In this document: positions 43,587 through 58,381 of the stretch, one piece after another
How positions within the stretch are numbered: the stretch's first letter is position 1
How the letters are laid out: each line of letters starts with the position of its first letter
NCBI GenBank assembly: GCA_951406725.2
Contig: OX597827.1
Location: forward strand, 59,954,001 to 60,018,000
DNA length: 64,000 bases
Origin: Octopus vulgaris
Lineage: Eukaryota
Reading direction: 5' to 3'
Made by a program: the position numbers and the translations under genes
Notes under the pieces: generated by a model
Databases searched by the model: none
Seen by the model: only the letters and a program-made list of their open reading frames with translations
Told to the model about the DNA's origin: nothing

Positions 43587-43632
43587 GACACCTGAAGAAG
43601 GCTGGAGGATATTTCAGCCGAAACGTTGTGCT
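43587..43632 (+). ncRNA. Minimal type I hammerhead with a stem I mismatch
   Basis: GACAC-CUGAAGA-A-GGCUGGA(ggauau)UUCAGCC-GAAAC-GUU-GUGcU; AACGUU palindrome. Confidence 0.65.
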
Positions 43633-43808
43633 AACAACAAACAAGATGAGGACAAATACCTGTTGAATGTAAATAATGTAAATAATGTACATAATTCCCC
43701 ATCTCTTAAATACAGAACTGTATTTCATAATGTTTGCACTGTTGGTGACATCCTGTACCCCTATATGCATATATATATATATACATATACACACTCACAC
43801 ACACACAC

Positions 43809-43851
<43 letters not shown>

Positions 43852-43864
43852 TATATAGTATTTA

Positions 43865-43914
<50 letters not shown>

Positions 43915-44416
43915 GTACGTACATAGATATATTCATGCACACATACATTTGCATATATAACCAAATGTCCATATCCATTTACTATACGTAGATATATTTG
44001 CTACTTTCCTGTCCGTCCAACATTGCTTACAAGTGTACGAACACTACTCACTACAGACAAAATACCGATCAACTCACCAGAAGTACTCTTTCTCTCTCTC
44101 TCTGTCTCTCTCTCCCTTTTACTTTTTCTCTCTCACTCACTACTTGTTGCTCTCTCGCTCTCTGTCTCTCTATGTCCCTCACTTTCTTTCTATAAGCTTT
44201 GCTGTATTTTTTTAATTCTGCTCCCCCTCCACCCTTAATGTGCTGGATTCAGGGTGGCACCGTTGACTTCCAGTCTTTATATTTTCTGTTTCGTTTTTCT
44301 TTTTTATTTTTTTATTCTTCGTTTTTTGGTTTATCAACATGGCTCGAGGGAAGCGGCTGGTAGTGCAATTTCGAGTCGATGTTTCGGTGGTGAATAAGCA
44401 GCCATATTCTCCCAAT

Positions 44417-44500
<84 letters not shown>

Positions 44501-44808
44501 TTCACAGACATACACGTACACACACTACCCAAACACACCCACCCAAACCCAAACATAAGCAGAGCACTTTCTGGAAACAATTGCACCCCGTGAGAAAGAG
44601 ATGGCTGAAGAGAGGGAAACAAACGGAGAAAGAGAAACAGGCACAGAAATAGAGAGGGAGAGAGAAAGAGTCTGTGTGTGTGTGAAAGAAAGAGAGAGGT
44701 GATGAGGAGAGCAAGGGGCTGGTTTGAGAAAGAGAAAACACTTGTGTCAAGTCTGGATGTGATTTGCATTTTCAGAGAGGTTCCTTCGGTACATATCAGT
44801 AGTGTGAA

Positions 44809-46060
44809 GTGGTGGTGGTGGTGGTGGTGAAACTGCTGCTGCTGGTAGTGGTGGTGGCAGCGTTGGCGGTGGTAGTGGTGGTGGTGGTGGTTTTGGAAGT
44901 AGTTAATCTTGACGGTGTTAACGGTAGTGGTGACATCGATGATGATGATGACGATGATGATGACGATGGCGATGATGATGATGATGATGATGATGATTAT
45001 GAGAGTGATGATGACGATGATGATCGTGGGGATGGTGGTAGCCAGTGGTGGGATTGACTACCTTGATGGTATTTGTGTCATTCGTGGTGGATATAGTTTT
45101 CATGGTGATGATGACGGTGGTGGTGATGTTGTTGTTATTGGTGGTGGTGGTGGTGGTGTTGATGGTGATGTTTTGGGTGTGATTGTTTGTCTATGGTGTT
45201 GGAGGTTGTCTCAGTGATGTCGGTGAGGGGTGTTTGGTAACTCAGGCGTTGGCATTAAGTCCTCCTGGTGGCAATGATGACAGCGACGACGACGATGACG
45301 AAATGGTGGTGGTGGTGGTGGTGGTTGTGGTTGTGGTTGTGGTTGTGGTTGTGGTTGTGGTTGTGGTTGTGGTGGTGGTGGAGGTCCTGCAGAATCGCCG
45401 CAGTCCAGTGACAGAAATAAGTAAAAATCAAAAAGGAAAGATAAAGATGATGATGATGATGATGATGATGGCTTTGGCCGTGGTGGCGACAGCGATACGC
45501 TGGTTGGGGTATTATTAATGGTGGGGATGGAGGTGCTGTCGTTGGTGTTGGTAGTGGTGGCGGCTGCGGCGGCGGCGGCGGTGGCGGCGGCGGCGGTGGT
45601 GGTGGTGGTGGTAGTGGTGGTGGTGGTGCTGGTGGTGCTGGTGGTTTTGGTGGTGGCAGCGGCGTCGGCGGCAGCGGCTGTGGTGGTGGTGGTGGTGGTG
45701 GTGGTGAATGATCTGTTTTTAGGGGCGTGAAGTTTTCGTCGGTGAGAATTGTGGTCGTTGATGATGATGATGATGATGATGATAATTGCGACGACGGCGA
45801 CGACGAGGATGAGTGGTTGTAGTAACAATGGCAGTTGGGGAGGGGTGAAGGAGGAGCGGAGGAGAAGACGGAGGAGGAGGAGGAGGGTAGCGTTTTTGGA
45901 TTTCGAACACCTGGAAGCATAAAAGTATTGGCATTGGAAGCGGGTGTGGCGATGGTCGTAGCGGGGCTGAAGGTTGTAGACATAGCGGAGTTAATTGGCA
46001 GTGATGATGGTGGTAGGGGAGACGATGGTGACTACAGGCGAGGGCGGTGTGTCTTTTCTC
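44809..46060. repeat. GC/CpG-rich compound trinucleotide region
   Basis: (GGT), (GAT), (GGC), (GGTTGT) and (GAG) runs interleaved with unique sequence. Confidence 0.85.
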
Positions 46061-46203
46061 TACATAATAATTTGTGTTTGGGGTTATTGGGTGCAATACT
46101 GGTAAAACAGGGATTTATGCGTGTATGAATATGTATATGTATCGTTGGTTGTGTGTATGTGTATGTGTATGAGAGTATGTGTGTGCATGCATAATGTATG
46201 TTG

Positions 46204-46288
<85 letters not shown>

Positions 46289-46589
46289 TTTTATACGTAA
46301 ATGACAATTTCTGTCTGTCGTCTATCTGTTAACATCTTGCTGCCTACATCAGTGAACCAATCTTAACGAAACTTTGCATACATGTTAAAGTAACATCCAG
46401 TTCAATTATGGGCGAATTGGATTTCAATAATAATCTACAAGGTGGGTCGGGCTATTTTGATAAAATGAGAAGAGTGTAAAGTGTGTTAGTGTGAGGGAAA
46501 TGTGATGGCATGGTGAGTGTGTCTAATATAAGGAAAAAGGAGAACAGTGTTGTGTAAGAGATGAATATGGAGCGGAATGCGCTGACCTC

Positions 46590-47410
46590 AAAATGACATC
46601 CAGGTGATGTTAGAATCTTGCAGGTTTTAATGTCAAGTATCTCAATGTTGGAATCAGCACTGGTACTACAAATGCATTATGGGATATTGTCTTATTGTAA
46701 GAGGAGAATTCAGACTGCCATATTTTGCTCAATCTGCTCTAATATTCTTGGATAACTCCATCTGTATTCACAGTACCTTGGTATGATATATTTTCATCAA
46801 CGCCAATGTACTTGTAGAATTTTTTGTGTGGGATAGGAGAGATAATGAGGGCCATTGATACACAGGTTTTATGTATGGGAGAACGATTTTCCCCATTCAA
46901 CAATTAAATAAGAGCATTTCTTCTGATCAAATTCCATTCCTATGTCAGCTGAAAGTGTTGTTATTAATTCCCGTTGTTGTTGTTGTTGTTGTTGTTGTTT
47001 TTTGGAGGTGGGGGGCATTGTTAACATTTTTAGCATAAATCTTAAGGTCATCCACAAAGAAATTATGGGCTACATTAATATCTCTTGCAGTTTCAGGCCC
47101 TAGCATGTAGCCTTTAGTTTTCTGTAACAGGAATGATAATGAGTTTAACGCCAAAATGAAAAGAAGTAGAGAGAGGCTATCTCTCTGGAATATTCCCATT
47201 GAAATATATATGGCATTGGAGACGATCTTTCTACTCTCTGTTCTAAGTGTGACGATTGTGGTCTAGGTTGTTGTAAGCCACTCAATGACAGCAATTAAGG
47301 TAGCAGGCACTTTTCCTAAATGGGAACACTTCAGCAACCGTAAGTGGGAAATAGAGTCAAATGCCTTACTATAATCAAGTCATACTGTTGCAAGGCTCCT
47401 ACGATGTTTT
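46590..47410 (-). pseudogene. Degenerate non-LTR reverse transcriptase, R4/Dong-like
   Basis: DYSKAFDSISH, GIFQRDSLSLLLFILALNSLS, HNFFVDDLKIYA, GMEFDQKKC and YKYIGV; frameshifts and a (CAA)n insertion. Confidence 0.8.
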
Positions 47411-47658
47411 CTATTTTACCTCAGACAGTACAGTTTTGTTTATCATTTTCTCTGTCATGGTAAATGCGACGATCACATGCTACACACGTTCCTTCCGATC
47501 GTTGCTGTGAACAGTGGAAGTGAGCTAGAAAGTTAAAGCTTACTGCACATGAACAGCAGAGTTCAAGGTCAGACTACACTTTACGTGCGTTAGCTTCGTT
47601 ACTATGACAACAGTCCGGATACTTATTAATCAGACCTCCTGTGTATATATATATATAT

Positions 47659-47696
<38 letters not shown>

Positions 47697-48224
47697 AAAT
47701 CCGTTCTGTCTGTGTGTCTTCTAGGATCTCGGGCATCCTCCATCCGATTGTGCTCAAATTTGATATGTAGATACCGACGGTATCAGGCCGTGTATAAGTA
47801 GTCTTGAAAAAATTACAAAAATCGATTCCAGGTGAGTATAGGATCGATAAAGCCGTTTTTGTCCTGCTTTTCTTCCGTCAATCTTCCATCTTTTGTTGTT
47901 TTTGTACTGCTTAAAGGCACATTTCTTTCCTGCCAAGCTTACTATTTAAACTATGTTTGTGTTCTCCCAGTCAACAGCCTTATCATTACTGGTACTTTAA
48001 ACTCTTCGGTTGCATATTTGTGTGAATAAAATCGTTTTTCTTTGGAATAGAAAAGAAGTGTATCTATTTCTTCTTTTGCTGGTGTCTCAAATTTAGGTTA
48101 AATCAGTGTTTCTCAAAGAGGAGGCCTATGGGACGGTCGGACAAGTTGTTTTGAGAAAAGTTGGTTTAAATGTTTGATAACTCAGCACCGTCCATTGGAC
48201 GGGGGGGGGGGCGTTTTGCTCGTG

Positions 48225-48281
<57 letters not shown>

Positions 48282-48655
48282 TAGGTGTAGGTTGGTAGGT
48301 GTGACAAGGACGGGCGTTTCCGTAACGTGTACAGATCGAACGACGGTCTTCCGTTCCGTTTCCACCAGCTCAGTTACGTTCTCAAGGTTTGAATAGATCC
48401 GATGCTTTATAAAAGTTGAAATTTACCCCAGATGTCATGCTACAGGATCGAACATGAGACTTCTTGGTAACGAAGCAAACTGCTTAACTATGCTGACCCA
48501 CTGTGGTTGTTCGTACAATTACACTTGTTTATGGTTGCACACTCACACGCACACACACACACACACATTCATGCACAAATTCACACATGTACACATTTAA
48601 AGAAGTACAGAATATAAACAGACATATGCAACATATATATATATATGTATATACA

Positions 48656-48721
<66 letters not shown>

Positions 48722-48813
48722 ATCCATATATATCCATATATGTATATATAATATACACTGATACACACACACAGCGAGAGATGTATACATACATATACAA
48801 ATACATAGATTGC

Positions 48814-48960
<147 letters not shown>

Positions 48961-49244
48961 GATTAATGTATATATTTTCATACGGTTGCACGTACAAATA
49001 AGCTCATTCGTTCGTTCATTCATAAAAAAAAAACTTTTCCTTCAACTCCAAATCTGCCGTTTCTCTTCTTCCGCATATTATCACCTTATATTTGCACTTG
49101 TTCTTACGTGCCTACGTTTGGACAAACATGACAACGTACTGTTTGACGGACGTTCCAGACATGACTATCCTGAGTTTTTCTTGGTTATTTTTTTTCTTTA
49201 ATGTATCAGTTCTGAAATAGTTAATGAATATTTAATGCATCTTA

Positions 49245-49490
<246 letters not shown>

Positions 49491-50052
49491 TACATCTCTG
49501 AAGACACTTCTGTGTTTGTGTGTCTGCACCTGTATGTCCCTGGGTTTTAAGATCCGATCAGTTTGGTTGCTGACAAGAGCGTTCGCCTGAATCAGCTACA
49601 ACATGGCTACCGAGAGAAGCAGCAAGCTAGCATACGGTACATTCACATGAAACAACGCAAGTTCTTTTACGCGGACGCTCGGCCAGCTAAAAACAGCAAC
49701 CAAATCTCCCTAAAATCACATCGTGCAATATCGAAAATGAATAGCATAAAGCTTGATAAGAAAATAGATGGGCTGACTTACAGCTGAAACTTCGTTGATC
49801 AAAATTCTGCTAAACCTGGGTTAAAGAAACAAAACTATATTGGATAGTATAGTCTTAGATATACTATGTTTTAAAACAGATGGTTCGGTCACGGATGGAA
49901 TGTTTTTGATCCTACCATTGATCACCCTTCGAACATAAACACAGGTATATTCTCATATATGATATATATACATATGTATTCTCAGCTACAGGTGTTCTTA
50001 CCTTAACCAAAGAGACATTTATAAATATGTATGTATATACATACACATATAA

Positions 50053-50094
<42 letters not shown>

Positions 50095-50255
50095 CGTGTG
50101 TATGTGTGTGTATACGTATATCTAAATATGCATATATATGTATATATGTATATGTACCACAACATAAATACGCATACATAGGAACCTCCGAAAACTAATT
50201 TAAGATCAGTTATCGCGACTGTATCTCGTTCCGAAAGATAATCCGGCGATGCATA

Positions 50256-50668
50256 TTCTTTTGTTTCTTTTACTTGCTTCAGTCATTTGATGACGGCCAT
50301 GCTGTGGCATCGCCTTAAAGGCTTTAAGTCAAAGAAATTGACCGCAGGACTTATTCTTTATAAGCCTAGTACTTATTCTAGTATCTCTTTTTGCGAACGG
50401 GAACATAAACACACCAACATCGGTTGTCAAGTGATGGCGATGTGGGGGACAAACACAGACATACATACACATAAATATATATATATACATACATACATAC
50501 ATACATATATATATATGACGGGCTTTTTTCAGTTTCCGTCTACCACAAGGCTTTGGTCGGCCCGAGGTAATAATAGAAGACATTTGTCAAAGGTGCCACG
50601 CATTGAGACTGACCCCGGGACCATGTGGTTGGGAAGCGAGTTTCTTACCACACAGCCGCGCCTGCCCC
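50256..50668 (-). mobile_element. SINE S1, diverged full length
   Basis: Reverse complement of S1. Confidence 0.85.
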
Positions 50669-50889
50669 TATATATATTTATAAATACACATACACACATG
50701 TATACATACGTATTTATATGCCTGCGTACATACATAAACCTATTTAGATCTACATATACGCATTAACATGCATTTATACGTATGTATATACTCATACACA
50801 CATCTATTTATAAACACATTTTGCAAATATGCATTTATATATACATACATAGATATATACGCATATATATATATATATATATCTATCTA

Positions 50890-50949
<60 letters not shown>

Positions 50950-50987
50950 CACACATACTTATGCATACACATACACATCTACATGCG

Positions 50988-51018
<31 letters not shown>

Positions 51019-51126
51019 ACATCACCATGCACACACATATGCACATGTATTTATACATATATACACAATACACACAAGTATTCATATACACTCATTCCGA
51101 TATATATTCTCACACGGATATATGTA

Positions 51127-51193
<67 letters not shown>

Positions 51194-51799
51194 GTATGCG
51201 TAGTCATTGGCATGCATAAAAACGTAGAAAGATTATGTATATACACACATTAATTGATGTGTGTACAAGAAACACCGTCCTCATTCTTAACGCGACAACC
51301 GGCTCCGCCACCGGTCCAAATATGACGCCAACGACAGCAAGTTTCTACCCCACTTTCTACCCCGAAAACTCGGTCATGTCCTCTCATTACCCACACGAGC
51401 AATCTATCATACGCATATATACATACACACATATACACAAACCAATACCCAAGTGCACACATACATTAGAAATATATACAGACTCAGAAAAGGCATATAT
51501 ATATATATATATTTGCTCAGACAGACATATACGTATGTACCTACACACACACACACACACACACACACATATGCATTTTATATATACATTCATTCATGCA
51601 TATATCCATCCATATACACATGCGTAAATACAGGCAATGCATTACCTACACGTATACACACATTGAATATTTTAGCCTGAAGAACAGACATACACTAACA
51701 TATAAATCCCCGTACACATATTTCGTTCGCACATCTGCTCATACATACGTACATTTAAATGTGTACGATGCATATTTGTATATACATGTATATGTATAC

Positions 51800-51846
<47 letters not shown>

Positions 51847-51934
51847 GGTATGTAGAAAAATACAACATGGACAAGAACGTATAACTCTTAGAAGACGACA
51901 CAATAAACACGGACAGGACATTCGAAACCCTCAG

Positions 51935-52007
51935 TCTTCAGTCAAGAACCGGATCATCGTAGTAATTTCGGCTGATTAATCTTGAGATTACTAGATCACG
52001 GCCAGCC
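51935..52007 (-). ncRNA. Non-circularly permuted hammerhead, family C copy 1
   Basis: GGCUGG-CCG(u)GAUC-UAGUAAU-C-UCAAGA-uuaa-UCAGCC-GAA-AUUACUA-cgau-GAUCCGG-u-UCUUGA-CUGAAGA; AUC site. Confidence 0.8.
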
Positions 52008-52777
52008 CTCCAAGAAAAACCAAGCAACGAGCATTAGAAAAACTAAGCTGGAAGCGTAGATTTCCTGGAAGAAGGATCGAATGCATACGAACACCAGGAC
52101 AGCAAAAGGGACAGATATAAAAAAACAAAAAACAATAATGGAATACAGAAACATGAAATACAGAAGCATTAACGGTGAAAACAACGGTGTCTTACGACTG
52201 ATAACAAGCAAACAAATTTTTTCTCTGGCGCAATGGAAAAAGCCTTTATAGTGGCGGACGAAAACAGCGATGTTAACAGAACGAGGGTCAGAGGCTGAAA
52301 GGCAGATTTCGGCCAACAGTCACGTGACAGAGAAGAGGGAAAAGAAAAGAAAGAGAAGCAAAGGAAGAGAGAGAGAGAGGAGGGACAAACGCAACAAAGA
52401 GAGAGAAGAGAGAGAAAGAAGGAATCAGAGAGGAGAAGGGATGGGTGTCGAAGAATGACCTGTGAGTGCAGAGCGAGACAAAGAAATAGGAGGGTAGTGG
52501 AAGACTAGACCAAAGAATCAGAGGAAAGAGAAGAGAAAAAGAGGATGAGTGGAGAGAAAAGAGAGAGAGGGGGACAGATCAAGTAAAAATGAGAGAGAGA
52601 GAGAGACAAACAGAGAGTCGTACCAATTATTAAGAATATGTGCTCACATAAATGTTAAGGGGGTACGGGGCGCCTGGAATATATGTTAAGGTATGTAGAA
52701 AAATACAACATGGACAAGAACGTATAACTCTTAGAAGACGACACAATAAACACGGACAGGACATTCGAAACCCTCAG

Positions 52778-52850
52778 TCTTCAGTCAAGAACCGGATCAT
52801 CGTAGTAATTTCGGCTGATTAATCTTGAGATTACTAGATCACGGCCAGCC
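52778..52850 (-). ncRNA. Non-circularly permuted hammerhead, family C copy 2
   Basis: Same sequence as 51935-52007, offset by 843. Confidence 0.8.
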
Positions 52851-53525
52851 CTCCAAGAAAAACCAAGCAACGAGCATTAGAAAAACTAAGCTGGAAGCGT
52901 AGATTTCCTGGAAGAAGGATCGAATGCATACGAACACCAGGACAGCAAAAGGGACAGATATAAAAAAACAAAAAACAATAATGGAATACAGAAACATGAA
53001 ATACAGAAGCATTAACGGTGAAAACAACGGTGTCTTACGACTGATAACAAGCAAACAAATTTTTTCTCTGGCGCAATGGAAAAAGCCTTTATAGTGGCGG
53101 ACGAAAACAGCGATGTTAACAGAACGAGGGTCAGAGGCTGAAAGGCAGATTTCGGCCAACAGTCACGTGACAGAGAAGAGGGAAAAGAAAAGAAAGAGAA
53201 GCAAAGGAAGAGAGAGAGAGAGGAGGGACAAACGCAACAAAGAGAGAGAAGAGAGAGAAAGAAGGAATCAGAGAGGAGAAGGGATGGGTGTCGAAGAATG
53301 ACCTGTGAGTGCAGAGCGAGACAAAGAAATAGGAGGGTAGTGGAAGACTAGACCAAAGAATCAGAGGAAAGAGAAGAGAAAAAGAGGATGAGTGGAGAGA
53401 AAAGAGAGAGAGGGGGACAGATCAAGTAAAAATGAGAGAGAGAGAGAGACATACGCACATTGTGTGAATGATTGATGTTTATATAGGTATGCATATGGTA
53501 TGCATGTGTTTATATAGTTATGCAA

Positions 53526-53560
<35 letters not shown>

Positions 53561-53563
<3 letters not shown>

Positions 53564-53961
53564 TTATATATAAAAGTGAGGTTGTGCGCTGTCTATCTCC
53601 TACGATTTAGATTCCTAACTACTCCCACATTTTGCGGTGCAGTTTAACCAAAACCGGGTATCTTATAGTCGTGATTCATATCGAACCCTTCTGGGTATTA
53701 ACGCGCGTCTACGATGAGTCTACGATTTAAAAAAAAATTACCATCATTTTTTTCCATTTTAATGCATTTTTTTCGCTATTATATAAGGGAAGTAACTCTC
53801 TAAAAATGTCTACAATGAGTCAACGATTTTTAAAAAAATTTACCGTCATTTTTTTTCCATTTTTAATGCATCTTTTTGCTATTTTTTGGCTATAACTCTC
53901 TAAAAATGCTTATATAGTTATTTCCCTTACAAACCCGAGCAACGCCGGGCGATACTGCTAG
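53561..53961 (+). mobile_element. Non-autonomous Helitron, complete
   Basis: A|TCTTTATATATAAAAG...CCCGAGCAACGCCGGG hairpin...CTAG|T; inserted in (TA)n with no TSD. Confidence 0.85.
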
Positions 53962-54175
53962 TATATATATATATATATATATATAAATGTTTGTGTGTGT
54001 GTACATGTAGATATATATTTGTGTGCGTGTGTGTATTTGTATATGCGTACACACACATACACACATGCACACACATACACATACACATACACACGCACAT
54101 ACGTATACTATTGTATATACAAGCAAAAATTATGTAGTTATCTACGCATATTTATCTGTATTTACAAAAATTTAC

Positions 54176-54206
<31 letters not shown>

Positions 54207-54212
54207 CATCTA

Positions 54213-54254
<42 letters not shown>

Positions 54255-54263
54255 TGTATATAT

Positions 54264-54676
54264 ACTTTTATTCTTTTACTCTTTTACTTGTTTCACTCAT
54301 TTGACTGCGGCCATGCTGCAGCACCGCCTTTAGTCGAACAAACCGACCCCACGACTTATTCTTTGTAAGCCTAGTACTTATTCAATCGATTTCTTTTTGC
54401 CGAACTGCTAAGTTACGGGGACGTAAACAAACTAACATCGGTTGCCAAGCGATGGTGGGAGAACAAACACAGACACAAATAACAAATACATGCATATATA
54501 TTCGGATTTAGACGACGGTCTTCTTTCAGTTTTCGTCTACCAAATTCACTCACAAGGCTTTGCTCAGCCCGGGGCTATAGTAGAAAACACTTTCCCAAGG
54601 TACCATGCAGTGGGACTCAACACGGAGCTATATGGGAGGGAAGCAAGCTTCTTACCAGACAGCCACTAATGCGCCT
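54264..54676 (-). mobile_element. SINE S1, full length
   Basis: Reverse complement of S1. Confidence 0.85.
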
Positions 54677-54681
54677 ACACA

Positions 54682-54733
<52 letters not shown>

Positions 54734-54920
54734 TGTGTATACATGCATATATATATATATGCATGTATATATATGCATATAGATATACATAAATATATAC
54801 GCATATATTTGTATGTACGTGTACACACACAAATATATACATATATATTTATGTATATCTATATGCATGAGTGTAGACATGTGTGTGTGTTTGTATGTAC
54901 TTATACATTTATGAGTATAC

Positions 54921-54961
<41 letters not shown>

Positions 54962-55465
54962 TGTATGTGCGTGAGTGTATATGTGTGTGAGTGTGTGTGT
55001 ACGTGCGTGCAAATATATATGTATTCATGCACTGGGACACACATGTATATAGAACAAAAGGTAGGAATGTCTTTGATCCTGGACCTGCTCCATTTCCATT
55101 TGTGACACTACAATTTTCTATCAAGCAGGGTTTTGTACATTGTCAAATGCATACTGCACATCCTGGTACACAACCAATACAGATAGCATGAAGTGTGACA
55201 CATAAGTATTCATAGCTAAACATCCGTTATACCCTTAACTATCAGCACCAAACGTACCATATCTCCTCATTAGGTATATTCAAGTGCCTTTTTTTCATAT
55301 ACAAGTTACCACGCGGCAAACATTTCTAACCTGTTTCCGAGTCATTCCTATAACTCCAAACGCATCAATCACCAAAGAAAAAAAATTAACTAACTTCAAA
55401 CAAACCTCGTGAATCCCCTTCCACCGAGGGACAAAATTAAGATTCGCAGACTGTAACATCATCAG

Positions 55466-55650
55466 TGGAAGCGCAATGCCCCAGTGGTTAGGGCAGCGGA
55501 ATCGCGGTTGCAAGAACGCGGTTTCGATTCCCAGACCACGCACTGTGAGTGTTTATTAAGCAAAAACACCTAAGCCTCACGAGGTTCTGGCGGGTGGTAG
55601 TGAAACCCGCTGTACTCTTTCACCACAACTTTCTCTCACTCTTTCTTCCT
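55466..55650 (+). mobile_element. SINE S3, 5' part
   Basis: gtggaagcgcaatgccccagtggttagggcagcgg...ggtttcgattcc. Confidence 0.8.
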
Positions 55651-57216
55651 ACTTCTGCCACAAAGCAGAGGAACCATGGTGTAACCCACTATGGTATGGT
55701 AAACTTTCAGACCCTAGTCTAGATTGCGAATCCTCTGTATCCCAGGATGGTTCAGCTCTCCACCCGTTAAAAGACACCGTTTACGGAATGAGGATAACAA
55801 CGTAGCTTTCGCGCCCGTGCAACCGCCAGTCTATCGCGTATGGTGGGTGGATCTTGAAGTTGCCACACGCATTCTTAGTAGCTTAGAGTAGGCTCGAATC
55901 AGAGATTATTCTTTGTGGCTAATGGCGCGAGTCCTGATTGGAAGAAGAAGAAGAAGAAGAAGAAGAAGAAGAAGAAGAAGAAGAAGAAGAAGAAGAAGAA
56001 GAAGAAGACGACGACGACGACATCATCATAACCAATTTAAATACGGCCACAGTCAGTCATTTACCAGAGTGACAGAAAACATGTCTAAATGTTTTGCAGT
56101 ATCTATTCCGGTTCTCTGCTATCTAAGATCACTTGTGTCTTTCATTCGGTGTCGATAAAATAAAGTACCGACACAGAACAGTAGATTGGTGTAATTGTTA
56201 GAGCCTTGGACAAGATACCTTGTGGTATTTGTCGGTACTTTTAGCATTCTGGGTTCTTAGGTAGCAGACATGACTCGTCCCTCGGTTTAACACCTTCATC
56301 TGGATTTTGATTATTTTACTGGATTCACTTTAATATAGTGCAGTAACGTTAGGTCTCCGGTTTGAGGATAATTTCGTCTCTTCCCCTCAGTCTCGAAGGG
56401 CCTGAAATAAAATTAAGGGACCTGTTAAAAAATCATGTACGCTGCCTTTTATTGATGAAGCCATAAAAAAATTAGTTGTCGAAGCTTCCGAAATAATAAG
56501 GCTCACACGGAAGTTGCCATAAAAATCGCACTCCGAATCACACAACAATAATATTCGAACTCAGAGAAAACTTGGCACGGCCTCGCAACGATGAACACGA
56601 TACAAGATGTACAAGAAATAGCAACCAAATCTCTATCGTGTACGTATATAAAGAGGGGCGCGGGAGGATGTATGTCAGTCAGTCTAGTCACGTGTCTGTA
56701 AATATTAATGTTTTTATCCGAATTATATTCCTTTTCATTATCATCATTTCCCAGTCCACTTCCACCATACATACACGCGCGCGCTCGTGCGTATATATCT
56801 GCCATTAAAATAGCGCTTCGTTATTTTGACTCTTATTTCTAGCAATACTGGTGCCGATTAGAGCCATTTGTTCACTTTAGTGGCGTATATATTTCTGTCT
56901 TCAGGTTGTAAAATTGCGAATTAGCGTTTTCTTATTATTTATGATTTTCACATTTACAGTTTATGAAATCAACGTATGATTTCAACGGATATTTTACAAG
57001 CTGGCAAGACGAGGTGAGTTTAACCCTAGGAACAGTGAAATCCGCCGATAGGCATTAAGATGCGTTACGCATCGAAATACAAAATTATAGATGATCTGGC
57101 TATATTTGCGAGCATAGGGAGCTTGTCTCCCTTGTCAGTCGTGACTCTTATTTCCAGCAATACTGGTGTTGTTTAGTGCGTGTACATATATATATATATA
57201 TGTATGTATGTATATG

Positions 57217-57247
<31 letters not shown>

Positions 57248-57314
57248 GTATACACACACATACATATATACATAAGTGTGTGTGTACATATATATAATAT
57301 GTATATATATACAT

Positions 57315-57385
<71 letters not shown>

Positions 57386-57460
57386 AAGATAGGACAAGAA
57401 TGCAAAACATTCAGACAGACGATACAAATAAATCAAGGACGGGTCATTTGGAGTTTTCTT

Positions 57461-57533
57461 TCCTCAGTCGAGTTCCAGATTATCCTTGCAATTTCGGCTG
57501 GTTATACTCGAGATTGCTCCAATCTGGCCAGTC
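57461..57533 (-). ncRNA. Non-circularly permuted hammerhead, family E
   Basis: GaCUGG-CCAGAUU-gga-GCAAU-C-UCGAGU-auaa-CCAGCC-GAA-AUUGC-aaggau-AAUCUGG-a-ACUCGA-CUGAGGA; lies in a (TA)n-flanked fragment at about 57380-57552. Confidence 0.8.
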
Positions 57534-57564
57534 CCAAGGAAACAAAAAAACTATATATATATAC

Positions 57565-57612
<48 letters not shown>

Positions 57613-57654
57613 TGTTCATTGTGTGTATTCTGACTGATCCCTGGTCCATTGAAC

Positions 57655-57718
<64 letters not shown>

Positions 57719-58296
57719 TATATGTGTGTGTGTGTGTGTGTATGTGTATATATATATATAGATATATAGATATATATAACTGCGCATGTGCGTCCTTAGT
57801 TGTTTACGTAGATATGTATGCTTCTAGAGAGGAAGTTCTTTACATAATATACACGATACATCGCAGTAATCATTAGGAATCATAGAAATGGCTCGGCCAC
57901 ATAAAAGTAATAAATAGATAAAAAGCCACACAGCAAAACCATAGGATTATAGCCAAAATTTCCCAGCCCTAAGAGCATATGGTAGACCACTTAACGACGT
58001 GGACCTCCCAGGTCCGTGAAGGCACGGGGCTACCTCTCTCAACAGCAGCAAGTAGTGCATCAAACTGACGGGGTAAGGTGGTGACCCAGCTGGTCGGTGA
58101 GGCCGTAGTTTCCCGAAGGACAAACATGCACATACATGCACGCACACACAAACATACACGCAGTGCCTATAAATATATATAACTTTATTTGCCAGCGTGT
58201 GTATAGATATATAATGAGCGAGTATTAAAGTTAGGTATTTTTCTAACTAATCTTCCTAGTTAGTTAACCATCTATCTATCTATATATCTATCAATC

Positions 58297-58381
<85 letters not shown>

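Larger units (their letters stand above)
51843..53451 (-). mobile_element. Partial tandem (period 843 bp) of ORF-less element C with one permuted hammerhead per unit
   Basis: 51843-52608 appears identical to 52686-53451, separated by a 77-bp unique segment. Confidence 0.8.

Noticed and set aside
51996-52316. Duplicated 106-aa hydrophobic ORF (also 52839-53159)
   Set aside because: Non-ATG start, arises from U-rich element sequence, and has no counterpart in the related families.
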